32,000 nucleotides of DNA from Candidatus Brocadia sp. (GTDB taxonomy: Bacteria; Planctomycetota; Brocadiia; Brocadiales; Brocadiaceae): assembly GCA_021650915.1 (NCBI GenBank), contig CP091279.1, positions 300,001 through 332,000 on the forward strand, in the 5' to 3' direction. Below are positions 16,349 through 24,890 of the stretch, piece after piece; position 1 is the stretch's first letter; every line of letters starts with the position of its first letter. A model generated the notes under the pieces. It was not told the origin of the DNA and made no database searches. It saw only the letters and a program-made list of their open reading frames with translations. Made by a program: the position numbers and the translations under genes.

Positions 16349-17287
16349 ATGAGCTATAAAATTTTGGTTACGGGCGGTGCCGGCTACATAGGTTCAATTC
16401 TGGTTCCGGAATTATTAAAACAAGGGCATAAGGTAACCGTCCTGGATAACTTTATGTTTGGACAAAATTCGTTGCTCGAATGCTGTGCATATAACCATTT
16501 CGATGTTTTCAGGGGTGATGCAAGAGATGAAAGTATCTTAAAACCTCTTTTGCAAAAGCATGATTACATTATACCGCTGGCTGCGTTAGTAGGCGCTCCA
16601 CTTTGTAGCAGAGACAAGATAGGGACGGTAACAACGAGTAGAGATGCAGCTCTTTCCTTAGTAAAACTCGCATCTGCGGAACACAGAATAATTATACCAA
16701 CAACAAACAGTGGTTATGGTGTTGGCCAAAAAGGGGTGTACTGTACAGAGGAAACACCTTTGAAGCCGATTTCCTTGTACGGAATAGTAAAAGCGGAAGC
16801 AGAAAAGATCGTGCTTGATAGGGGGAACGCTATTAGTTTCAGGTTGGCTACGGTATTTGGAATGTCTCCAAGGATGCGCATTGATTTGCTGGTGAACGAT
16901 TTTACCTACCGGGCCGTGAATGACCGTTTTGTGGTAATATTTGAGGGTCATTTTAAGAGAAATTATATTCACATTCGTGATGTGGCAAGGGCTTTTCTTC
17001 ACGCAATAAACAACTTTGAGGGCATGAAAAATGAACCCTATAATGTGGGCATGTCAGATGCGAATCTTTCAAAGCTGGAACTGTGTGCGAAGATAAAAGA
17101 ATGTATTCCAGACTTCGTTTATTTAGAGTCGCCGGTTGGGGAAGACCCTGACAAAAGAGACTATGTCGTTTCCAACGAAAAAATTGAAAAGACCGGCTTT
17201 AAACCTCTTTATTCACTTGAGGCCGGGATAAAAGAACTTATTAAAGGATATAGAATAATTACAAACAGCAAATATGGCAATATTTAA
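16349..17287 (+). CDS. Extended-SDR NAD-dependent sugar epimerase/dehydratase
   Basis: Rossmann motif ILVTGGAGYIGS and catalytic YGIVKAEAE (YxxxK). About 310 aa. ATG 16349 is preferred (GGAG 10 nt upstream) over the ORF-track start 16295, because the glycine motif normally begins within ~10 residues of the N terminus. Confidence 0.85.
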   Translation: MSYKILVTGGAGYIGSILVPELLKQGHKVTVLDNFMFGQNSLLECCAYNHFDVFRGDARDESILKPLLQKHDYIIPLAALVGAPLCSRDKIGTVTTSRDAALSLVKLASAEHRIIIPTTNSGYGVGQKGVYCTEETPLKPISLYGIVKAEAEKIVLDRGNAISFRLATVFGMSPRMRIDLLVNDFTYRAVNDRFVVIFEGHFKRNYIHIRDVARAFLHAINNFEGMKNEPYNVGMSDANLSKLELCAKIKECIPDFVYLESPVGEDPDKRDYVVSNEKIEKTGFKPLYSLEAGIKELIKGYRIITNSKYGNI

Positions 17288-17338
17288 AGTAATACGGAAT
17301 TATACTCTTAATCTTATTACAAGATATAACTAACACTA

Positions 17339-18070
17339 TTGAATAACTTAACAAAAATTACAGCAACTATTCTTGCTGGAGGGTTTGGAACGCGTCTGTG
17401 TTCAGTAATATCCGGCCAGCCAAAAGTCCTGGCAAAAGTAAATGGCCGGCCTTTTATGGCTTACCTGCTGGATCAGTTAAGTCAGGCAGGAGTAAAAAAA
17501 GTTGTGTTGTGCACAGGCTATTTAGGAGAACAGGTAAAAGCAACTTTCGGCAAGTTCTATAACGATCTTGTGCTTTCATATTCCCAGGAACAGTCAGCTC
17601 TTGGAACCGGAGGTGCACTTAGAAGAGCGCTTCCAGTGTTAAAATCAGACCCCGTTTTGGTCTTAAATGGTGACTCATTTTGCCAAACCGATTTTATTTG
17701 TTTTCTGAACCAGCACATCACAGGGAAGGCAACCGCTTCTTTGCTTGTGGCTGAGGTACCAGACATTGGTCGTTACGGCTCCGTCAAGTTGTCGGCGGAT
17801 GATGAAATCATATCTTTTGAAGAAAAAGGTAAGAAAACCGGGACAGGATTAATCAATGCCGGGGTATATCTTTTAAATCATACCTTCCTGGAATCGATAC
17901 CGAAAGACACAAATGTTTCGCTGGAGCATGAGATATTCCCCTTGTGGATTAGCAAGGGACTTTATGGCTTTCGGAGCAAAGGAAATTTTATTGATATTGG
18001 AGTACCCCAAGATTATGCAGCAGCAGGGGGTTTTTTGAAGAGCAGCATTAAGGCATTCTCCATTAACTAA
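17339..18070 (+). CDS. Sugar-1-phosphate nucleotidyltransferase (HddC-like)
   Basis: N-terminal ILAGGFGTRL nucleotide-binding loop plus LNGDSF and GVYLL motifs. About 240 aa. TTG start with no in-frame ATG nearby. Paired with the HddA-like kinase downstream. Confidence 0.8.
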   Translation: MNNLTKITATILAGGFGTRLCSVISGQPKVLAKVNGRPFMAYLLDQLSQAGVKKVVLCTGYLGEQVKATFGKFYNDLVLSYSQEQSALGTGGALRRALPVLKSDPVLVLNGDSFCQTDFICFLNQHITGKATASLLVAEVPDIGRYGSVKLSADDEIISFEEKGKKTGTGLINAGVYLLNHTFLESIPKDTNVSLEHEIFPLWISKGLYGFRSKGNFIDIGVPQDYAAAGGFLKSSIKAFSIN

Positions 18071-18080
18071 GGAGAAAAAA

Positions 18081-19163
18081 ATGATTATAAGCAGAACACC
18101 TTACCGTATCTCCTTTTTTGGCGGTGGGACCGATTACCCGGTGTGGTATGAAAAACATGGTGGGGCTGTGCTGGCTACAACCATTGATAAGTATTGCTAT
18201 CTTACCTGCAGATATTTTCCTCCTTTTTTTGAACACAAATTTCGTATTGTTTGGTCAAAGATTGAAAATTGTGCTGATGCTCAGAAAATTAACCATCCCG
18301 CTGTACGTGAAATCTTAAATTTCTTGAAGCTCGAACGTGGTATTGAGATACATCACGTGGGTGACCTGCCAGCCAGAAGCGGTATGGGTTCAAGTTCTTC
18401 CTTTACCGTCGGGTTACTCCATGCGCTCTATGCACTGAAAGGCTATATGCCCACCAAACATCAGTTAGCAACAGAAAGCATTTTCATTGAGCAAGAACTC
18501 CTGAAAGAAACCGTTGGTTCTCAGGACCAAGTACTCGCAGCCCATGGTGGCTTCAATCAGATTCTCTTTCTTAAAAACGGTGAAATATCCGTTCATCCGA
18601 TAGTATTGCCATCAGAACGGTTTGACGAACTTAATTCACATCTTATGCTGTTCTATACGGGTATGAAACGTACCGCCTCTGATGTCGCAAGCTCCTATGT
18701 GCATGGTATAGAAGAGCGCAAACGACAATTACGCGTCATGAAGGATATTGTGGAAGAGAGTATTTCTATTCTTAATAGTAGCCATGATATTACCGCTTTT
18801 GGAGAATTGATGCACGAATCGTGGCTGGTTAAGCGTAGTTTAAGTTCCAATGTATCTAATCCACATATCGATGGAATTTATGAAACAGCTATTGCTGCGG
18901 GTGCAATTGGTGGTAAGTTAACTGGGGCAGGCGGCGGAGGATTCTTGCTTCTCTTTACTCCTCCGGACAAACGCAAAGATGTAAAGGAGGTGTTGCATAA
19001 TTTAATCTATGTGCCCTTTAAATTTGATTTCTCCGGGAGTCAGATTATTTACCATAATTTTGAGGAAGATTATTCAGGAATTGAGAAAGAGCGGGATAAT
19101 CAATCTATTATCTTATCGCGAAAACTTGAAAGTTATAACTGCCAGACATTGCAAAAAGTTTAA
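18081..19163 (+). CDS. GHMP-family sugar kinase (HddA-like, heptose-7-phosphate-kinase type)
   Basis: N terminus MIISRTPYRISFFGGGTDYPVWY, typical of the HddA subgroup. GHMP ATP motif GDLPARSGMGSSSSFTVGLLHAL and C-terminal KLTGAGGGGFLLLF. AAGGAG Shine-Dalgarno. Confidence 0.8.
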   Translation: MIISRTPYRISFFGGGTDYPVWYEKHGGAVLATTIDKYCYLTCRYFPPFFEHKFRIVWSKIENCADAQKINHPAVREILNFLKLERGIEIHHVGDLPARSGMGSSSSFTVGLLHALYALKGYMPTKHQLATESIFIEQELLKETVGSQDQVLAAHGGFNQILFLKNGEISVHPIVLPSERFDELNSHLMLFYTGMKRTASDVASSYVHGIEERKRQLRVMKDIVEESISILNSSHDITAFGELMHESWLVKRSLSSNVSNPHIDGIYETAIAAGAIGGKLTGAGGGGFLLLFTPPDKRKDVKEVLHNLIYVPFKFDFSGSQIIYHNFEEDYSGIEKERDNQSIILSRKLESYNCQTLQKV

Positions 19164-19171
19164 TTTTATAC

Positions 19172-20059
19172 GTGAATTTCCCTATGCAAAAGAACCTCTA
19201 TAAAGAATTGTTGTATCAAAAAGATATTCAAATGCTTGAAAATAAAGCCAGAGGCATCAGAGCAACCTGTATTAAAATGGCTCATGACGGTAAAGAGGGG
19301 CATTTAAATGGAGCTTTAAGTTGCGTTGATTTACTGGTCGGGCTATATTACACCTGGCTTGATGTTACACCCAATGACTCGCATAGAAAAGACAGAGATC
19401 GTTTTATATTCAGCAAAGGACATGCATGTTCATCACTTTATGCTGTAATGGCTGATCGTGGCTTTTTCCCCAAACACTGGATCTCCAGCTATGCACAAAA
19501 TGATTCTCCCTTACCGAGTCATCCGTGTATTCACGCCCTCCCGATTCTCGAATGCTCTTCGGGAAGCCTGGGACACGGGCTTGGTATGGCTACAGGCATG
19601 AGTTACGGCTTGCGAATGGATGGAATACAAGCAAGGGTGGTGGTTCTTATCAGTGACGGAGAATGTAACGAGGGGAGTACCTGGGAAGCGGCTACTTTTG
19701 CCGTGGCAAATCGACTCGATAATCTGCTGCTCATCGTAGACAATAATGGGATTCAGTCGGTAGGCCGATCAGATAGCCTGATGGGTTTCACATCGCTGGA
19801 AGAAAAATACACTGCGTTTGGCTGGACTACCCGAATGATAAATGGAAACAACATCATAGAGATTGTTGAAACATTAAAGGAATTCCCTTTTGAAAAAGGG
19901 CGTCCGTCAGCAATTATTGCAAAAACAGTAGCGGGTGCTGGTGTAAGTTTTATGAAAAATCAGGTACTCTGGCATTATCGGGTGCCATCTGACGAAGACC
20001 TTAAAAAAGCTATGCAAGAGTTAAGCGAAGTTCCCATTTATACGGAGTCAAATGCTTGA
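19172..20059 (+). CDS. Transketolase, N-terminal (thiamine-diphosphate-binding) subunit
   Basis: GHLNGALSCVDLLVGLYY, FIFSKGHACSSLYAVMADRGFF, SSGSLGHGLGMATGM and the ThDP motif ISDGECNEGSTWEAATFAVANRLDNLLLIVDNNG. The start is either GTG 19172 or ATG 19184. Confidence 0.85.
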   Translation: MNFPMQKNLYKELLYQKDIQMLENKARGIRATCIKMAHDGKEGHLNGALSCVDLLVGLYYTWLDVTPNDSHRKDRDRFIFSKGHACSSLYAVMADRGFFPKHWISSYAQNDSPLPSHPCIHALPILECSSGSLGHGLGMATGMSYGLRMDGIQARVVVLISDGECNEGSTWEAATFAVANRLDNLLLIVDNNGIQSVGRSDSLMGFTSLEEKYTAFGWTTRMINGNNIIEIVETLKEFPFEKGRPSAIIAKTVAGAGVSFMKNQVLWHYRVPSDEDLKKAMQELSEVPIYTESNA

Positions 20060-20976
20060 GAAAAGCATTCGCAGATACACTTACACAGATTGCGGAACAG
20101 AATTCTCGTGTTGTTCTTGTTACCGGTGATCTCGGATTCCAGGTTTTTGATGAATTTCATGCAAGGTTTGGCCCACGCTACATAAATGTCGGTGTTGCTG
20201 AAGCACAAATGATTTACGCGGCAGCAGGGCTTGCAACAGTTGGCTGGCGGCCTGTAACTTACTCTATTGCCTCGTTTGCAACGGCTCGACCTTTTGAGCA
20301 AATTCGTTATTGTGTAAGCTACCCAAATTTACCGGTTGTTATCGTAGGAGCAGGCAGGGGATATCTTTATTCGACCAGCGGTGTTTCACACCATGCCGCT
20401 GATGACCTTGCGCTCATGTCAGTACTTCCTGGAATGACGGTAGTAGCCCCTGGAGACCCGGACGAAGTAGTACAACTTTTCCCTCAACTATTTAATTTAC
20501 CAGGGCCTTCATATTTCACCGTAGGCCGCTTTGGCGAGCCATCGTATGAAGCCTCTGAACCAGCAATTTTAGGACGTGCCAGGCTTCTTCGTAAAGGAGA
20601 GCAAATAGCCATTATTGGTACTGGTGAAATTGCCAACGAAATACTGAAGGCAATGAAACTTCTCGAACCGGACAAGATTTTTCCAACTGTCTATCAGATG
20701 CACACGGTAAAGCCCCTGGATATGAACACGTTGAATTCGTTGGCAAAAGAGGTGCACGCTATGGTGGTGGTAGAGGAGCATGTCCCTCATGGTGGACTAT
20801 GGGCCGCCATAAGCACATGGCATATAAGTACCGAAACGACTCCTCGAATGATTCGGCTTGGCCCCCCTGATAGTTTTGTCTTTGGAAATTTACGGCAAGA
20901 CGAACTTAGGCGCCGACTCAATTTTGACGCTAACGCGATAGCAAGCACTTGTCGCTCGTTGTGGAAAAAGAAATAA
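20056..20976 (+). CDS. Transketolase, C-terminal (pyrimidine-binding) subunit
   Basis: MRKAFADTLTQIAEQNSRVVLVTGDLG...INVGVAEAQMIYAAAGLA...SHHAADDLALMSVLPGMTVVAPGD. The TTG start overlaps the stop of the N-subunit gene (TTGA), implying translational coupling. Confidence 0.85.
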   Translation: MRKAFADTLTQIAEQNSRVVLVTGDLGFQVFDEFHARFGPRYINVGVAEAQMIYAAAGLATVGWRPVTYSIASFATARPFEQIRYCVSYPNLPVVIVGAGRGYLYSTSGVSHHAADDLALMSVLPGMTVVAPGDPDEVVQLFPQLFNLPGPSYFTVGRFGEPSYEASEPAILGRARLLRKGEQIAIIGTGEIANEILKAMKLLEPDKIFPTVYQMHTVKPLDMNTLNSLAKEVHAMVVVEEHVPHGGLWAAISTWHISTETTPRMIRLGPPDSFVFGNLRQDELRRRLNFDANAIASTCRSLWKKK

Positions 20977-21130
20977 AATTTTTGTAACACTTTAGCTTTT
21001 TGAAAAAATTCCAGTAATGATGCTCTTATCGCACGCGGTAGAGGCAATTCATGAATTACCTCTCCATGTTAACACAAAGGCATTTTCAGTCATTGGCTTT
21101 TTCAAAAAACTAAAGTGTTGCAAATTTTTT
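20977..21130. repeat. 154-bp nested imperfect palindrome filling the whole intergenic spacer (MITE-like or long RNA hairpin)
   Basis: The outer arms 20981-21007 and 21098-21124 pair over 27 positions: 25 Watson-Crick pairs, one T-G and one C-A. At the centre is GAGG-c-AATTCATGAATT-a-CCTC (21041-21062), which contains a perfect 12-bp palindrome. The element starts right after the TAA stop (20974-20976) and ends at the AAGGAG Shine-Dalgarno (21131). Confidence 0.6.
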
Positions 21131-21141
21131 AAGGAGACGCT

Positions 21142-22110
21142 ATGTATCGTAAGATTTTAGTAACAGGAGGCTCTGCTGTGACTGGCAGTGCCTTAAAATC
21201 CATAATCGGTGATTATTCGGAAAGTACGTTCTTTTTCATAAATTCAAAGGATTGTAATCTGGTCGATAGCAATAAAACCATTGCATACATAAGTGAATTA
21301 CAGCCGGATGCTATCATTCATCTGGCGGCAATTAGCGGTGGTATCGGTCTGAGTATGAAATATCCAGCAACCCTATTACGGGATAACGTGTTGATGAATT
21401 TTAACATTCTTGAGGCAGGTAGGCGATGCAACATAAAAAAGATTGTTATGACCCTTACTACGGGCATGTATCCGGAGAATGCACCGCTTCCCCTCAAAGA
21501 AGAGTACATCCACAACGGTCATCCACATGAATCGAACTATGGTTCTTCGTTTGCAAAAAGGCTGGTTGATCCCGCTGTGAAAGCGTACCGGGCCGAATAT
21601 GGTTTAAATATCATAGGCTTGGTGCCAAACGGAATATTTGGTGAAAACGATAACTTCAATTACGACGATGCACCCATGGTTCCAACGCTTATCAGACGCT
21701 TTTATGAAAACAGACATGGCAATTCAAAAATAGTTATCTGGGGTGATGGTACTCCCCTTCGGGAATATACTTATGCAAAGGATGTCGCCAGGGCTTTCAT
21801 GTGGTGCCTGAACCATTATAATGATGCACAAATATTGAATATTGGCACAACTGAGGAACTTTCTGTAAAGGAAATAGCATATCTTATCGCCGGCTTCTTG
21901 AATATTGATACCAGTCGTATTGAATTTGACACAACAAAATCAAATGGAATATTCAAAAAGAGCGTAGATAATTCCCGTTTTATCAGTATCTCAAAATTCC
22001 AGTATACATCTTTTAAGGCCGGTTTGGAAAACACTATAAGGTGGTTTTGTGATACCTATCAGAAATCTCCCGAAAGCATAAGAATGAAGGGCAAAAGCAG
22101 GATCAACTAA
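21142..22110 (+). CDS. GDP-L-fucose-synthase-like (GMER/Fcl family) NDP-4-keto-sugar epimerase/reductase
   Basis: ILVTGGSAVTGSAL, DAIIHLAAISGGI, VPNGIFGENDNF and IVIWGDGTPLREYTYAKDVARAF follow the Fcl/WcaG pattern (xPxNxYGxxDNF and WGxGxPxREF). About 320 aa. AAGGAG Shine-Dalgarno. Confidence 0.75.
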   Translation: MYRKILVTGGSAVTGSALKSIIGDYSESTFFFINSKDCNLVDSNKTIAYISELQPDAIIHLAAISGGIGLSMKYPATLLRDNVLMNFNILEAGRRCNIKKIVMTLTTGMYPENAPLPLKEEYIHNGHPHESNYGSSFAKRLVDPAVKAYRAEYGLNIIGLVPNGIFGENDNFNYDDAPMVPTLIRRFYENRHGNSKIVIWGDGTPLREYTYAKDVARAFMWCLNHYNDAQILNIGTTEELSVKEIAYLIAGFLNIDTSRIEFDTTKSNGIFKKSVDNSRFISISKFQYTSFKAGLENTIRWFCDTYQKSPESIRMKGKSRIN

Positions 22111-22137
22111 GTTGGAACTATTATACTGGAAAAACCA

Positions 22138-23109
22138 ATGAAATACAGAAAACTTGGCAATACTGGAATAGAAGTATCAGAAATTGGGTTTGGCACATGG
22201 GGGCTAGGCGGTAATTCGTACGGTCCGGTCGATGACAATGTCTCTAAAACTGCCTTACGTTTTGCCTTTGATTCTGGAATAACTTTCTATGATACATCCG
22301 ATCTGTATGGCAATGGCCACAGTGAGGAAGTTCTAGGTGATGCATTGCACGATGTTAGAGATAAAATTATTATCTCTACAAAAGTTGGTTTGCTTCCGCA
22401 TACCGGCTTCGGCATGCCATGCGACTTTTCCCCTGCATACATAAGACAGGAGCTAGATGTTAGTTTAAGGCGATTAAGATCAGACTATGTTGATATCTAT
22501 CTTCTGCACAGTCCAACTATTGAAATGCTGAGAGAGGATCGAGAAATTGTTGCCACACTGCAAATCCTTAAAGAGGCTGGGAAAATCCATGCATACGGGA
22601 TTTCTGTAAGATCGCCTGATGATGGGCTTGTGGCAATTCAAGAATTTGGTATTAACGTAGTTCAGGTAAATTTTAACATGATTGATCACAGAGCAATTGA
22701 TAACGGCCTGTTTGATGTAGCCTGCGAGAAGAAGGTAGGGGTTATTGCGCGAACGCCGCTGTGTTTTGGATATTTAACAGGCAAGTTGCATGGGAACGAA
22801 AAATTTGAAGGTATAGATCACAGAGCGAATTGGCCAGTAGACCAGCGACAAAGATGGGCTAATGCCCCCGATTTATTTTTGTTCCTGAACCAAAGGAAGA
22901 ACCGTACTCCGGCACAGTCGGCGTTGCGGTTCTGCCTTGACCATAAAAGCGTTTCAACAGTTATTCCTGGTATGATGAATTGCAACGAAGTCCGAGAAAA
23001 TGCCCTGGCCAGCAGTTTGGAAGCATTGAGTGCTGAAGAAGTGGCAAGAATCAAATTGATATATGAAAACAACGTCTTTTATGACCATTCTGCTAAACAA
23101 AGAAAGTAA
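22138..23109 (+). CDS. Aldo/keto reductase
   Basis: MKYRKLGNTGIEVSEIGFGTWGLGG...GITFYDTSDLYGNGHSEEVLGDAL...YVDIYLLHSP is the classic AKR signature. Confidence 0.9.
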   Translation: MKYRKLGNTGIEVSEIGFGTWGLGGNSYGPVDDNVSKTALRFAFDSGITFYDTSDLYGNGHSEEVLGDALHDVRDKIIISTKVGLLPHTGFGMPCDFSPAYIRQELDVSLRRLRSDYVDIYLLHSPTIEMLREDREIVATLQILKEAGKIHAYGISVRSPDDGLVAIQEFGINVVQVNFNMIDHRAIDNGLFDVACEKKVGVIARTPLCFGYLTGKLHGNEKFEGIDHRANWPVDQRQRWANAPDLFLFLNQRKNRTPAQSALRFCLDHKSVSTVIPGMMNCNEVRENALASSLEALSAEEVARIKLIYENNVFYDHSAKQRK

Positions 23110-23112
23110 GCC

Positions 23113-23880
23113 GTGACTCTTCAAGATCCATCACGATTTCTAGAGCCAGCAAGGACAACAACTGGTGAAGTTCAATTTCGGGTTATTTTGGAAGATTATT
23201 TTTCAAACAGCATCGGAAGCAACGTGGAGAAACTGCAGAATTTTACCAAATATGTGCCAACGCAGGATCTGAGAAAATTCCTTTGCAGGTATGAGCTCTT
23301 TAGAAAAATCCTGCATGTTCATGGTTCAATCGTCGAATGTGGTGTGCTCTACGGTGGTGGTTTGATGGCGTGGGCGCAGTTAAGTGAAATTTTTGAACCG
23401 TTGAATCATCTTCGAAATATCATCGGTTTTGACACTTTTTCAGGTTTTGTTTCTCTTTCTGAAATGGATAAAACAGGCACTGCATTTCAGGGTAAAAATG
23501 GAGGATTGGCAATAGATGCTTATGATGACTTGCTAAAAAGTATTGCCTTATATAATAAAAATCGTTTTCTCGCCCACATAGAGAAAGTCAAATTGGTTAA
23601 AGGCGATGTTGCCGTATCTCTTCCCGCATATCTAAAGACAAATCCACATCTTGTTGTTAGCCTTTTGTATCTTGATTTTGACATATATGAACCTACAGTC
23701 GTTGCCCTTAGGCATCTAATACCAAGGATTCCTAAGGGAGGCATCATAGCTTTTGACGAACTAAACCACGAGGTTTGGCCAGGTGAAACAATTGCGGTAA
23801 TGCAGGAGATGGGTTTAAACAAGCTAAGAATAGAAAGATTTCCTTTTGGTTCTACCATGTCATATGCAGTAATTGAATGA
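23113..23880 (+). CDS. TylF/MycF-type SAM-dependent sugar O-methyltransferase
   Basis: GSIVECGVLYGGGLMAWAQL (SAM loop), YLDFDIYEPTVVALRHLIPRIPKGGIIAFDE and a size of ~255 aa match the macrocin-O-methyltransferase fold family. GTG start 3 nt after the AKR stop. Confidence 0.7.
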   Translation: MTLQDPSRFLEPARTTTGEVQFRVILEDYFSNSIGSNVEKLQNFTKYVPTQDLRKFLCRYELFRKILHVHGSIVECGVLYGGGLMAWAQLSEIFEPLNHLRNIIGFDTFSGFVSLSEMDKTGTAFQGKNGGLAIDAYDDLLKSIALYNKNRFLAHIEKVKLVKGDVAVSLPAYLKTNPHLVVSLLYLDFDIYEPTVVALRHLIPRIPKGGIIAFDELNHEVWPGETIAVMQEMGLNKLRIERFPFGSTMSYAVIE

Positions 23881-23911
23881 TCAAACTCGATATTTGAAAA
23901 AATGTGGAACG

Positions 23912-24880
23912 ATGTCTATGTATAGCCAGCGGAACTTATCAAAATTGACTATAGATGATTTTGCCAGACTATTTGGCACAACTGCAGATGATATTGACGA
24001 GTATTGCAAGGGGCTTGTAGATACGATGGATTTCAGTTTTGAACAACTTTCTGATATTGAGCGAGACAAGTTGATACTTAACATACTAAAAAGGATTGAT
24101 TTGGCCGATTTGCCTGTATCTGGGGAGGAAAGAAAGCCGGAATGGGAAAAAGGCTGGGCGGATAATCTTCGGGATTTTATTAATTCAGGATATGATCTCT
24201 CTAAACTTGTCCCAAAGTATTTCAAGAAAAATATCCCGGTTCGGCTCAATCGTGAATATGTGATGCCGGTGGATCCTGACTTTGTCCTTAATTGTACCAG
24301 GGTTTTTCGCAATTGGATATTCAGGAAATATTTGAAAGATGTCGATTCTATCTACGAATTCGGTTGCGGCCCTGCCACACACCTTGCCTTTTTGGCAGGT
24401 ATTTATCCTGGAAAGAAGCTCTATGGGCTCGACTGGGCAAAACCTTCGCAGGAAATTATCCGGCTCTTGGCAAAACATTTTGGCTGGCAAATAGAAGGAC
24501 GTCATTTTGATTTTTTTGCCCCTGATGTAAATCTGCATTTGGACGAAAACAGTGCAGTTTATACTTTTGGAGCGCTTGAGCAAATAGGAGGGAATCATAA
24601 AGCCTTCCTGCAATTTTTGTTGAAAGAATCTTTCAAGCTGTGCATTAATGTTGAATGTATCAGTGAATTCTACAATCAGGACTACTTGCCAGATTATCTC
24701 GCCTTTAAATATCACAAAAGAAGAAACTACCTGGATGGCTATCTTACCCGTTTGCAGGAATTGGAGGCTGAAGGAAAGATCATAATACTGGCAATGCACC
24801 ATCAGCAATTTGGCAATATATATGATGATTCTCATTCTTATGTGGTATGGAAACTAAGGAAAATACCTGCTACATCATAA
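23912..24880 (+). CDS. Class I SAM-dependent methyltransferase with an uncharacterised N-terminal domain
   Basis: Motif I IYEFGCGPATHLAFLAGIYPGKKLYGLDWA and a post-I acidic residue. Downstream is AVYTFGALEQIGGNHKAFLQFL. The first ~150 aa have no recognisable family. The start is uncertain among TTG 23873, ATG 23912 and ATG 23918. Confidence 0.6.
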   Translation: MSMYSQRNLSKLTIDDFARLFGTTADDIDEYCKGLVDTMDFSFEQLSDIERDKLILNILKRIDLADLPVSGEERKPEWEKGWADNLRDFINSGYDLSKLVPKYFKKNIPVRLNREYVMPVDPDFVLNCTRVFRNWIFRKYLKDVDSIYEFGCGPATHLAFLAGIYPGKKLYGLDWAKPSQEIIRLLAKHFGWQIEGRHFDFFAPDVNLHLDENSAVYTFGALEQIGGNHKAFLQFLLKESFKLCINVECISEFYNQDYLPDYLAFKYHKRRNYLDGYLTRLQELEAEGKIIILAMHHQQFGNIYDDSHSYVVWKLRKIPATS

Positions 24881-24890
24881 AAGGTTTTGT

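Noticed and set aside
24185-24835. 216-aa minus-strand ORF (also the 143-aa ORF at 23881-24312 and the 112-aa ORF at 23520-23858)
   Set aside because: All are antisense to + strand methyltransferase genes that carry clear SAM-binding motifs. The translated products are low-complexity and have no recognisable motifs.
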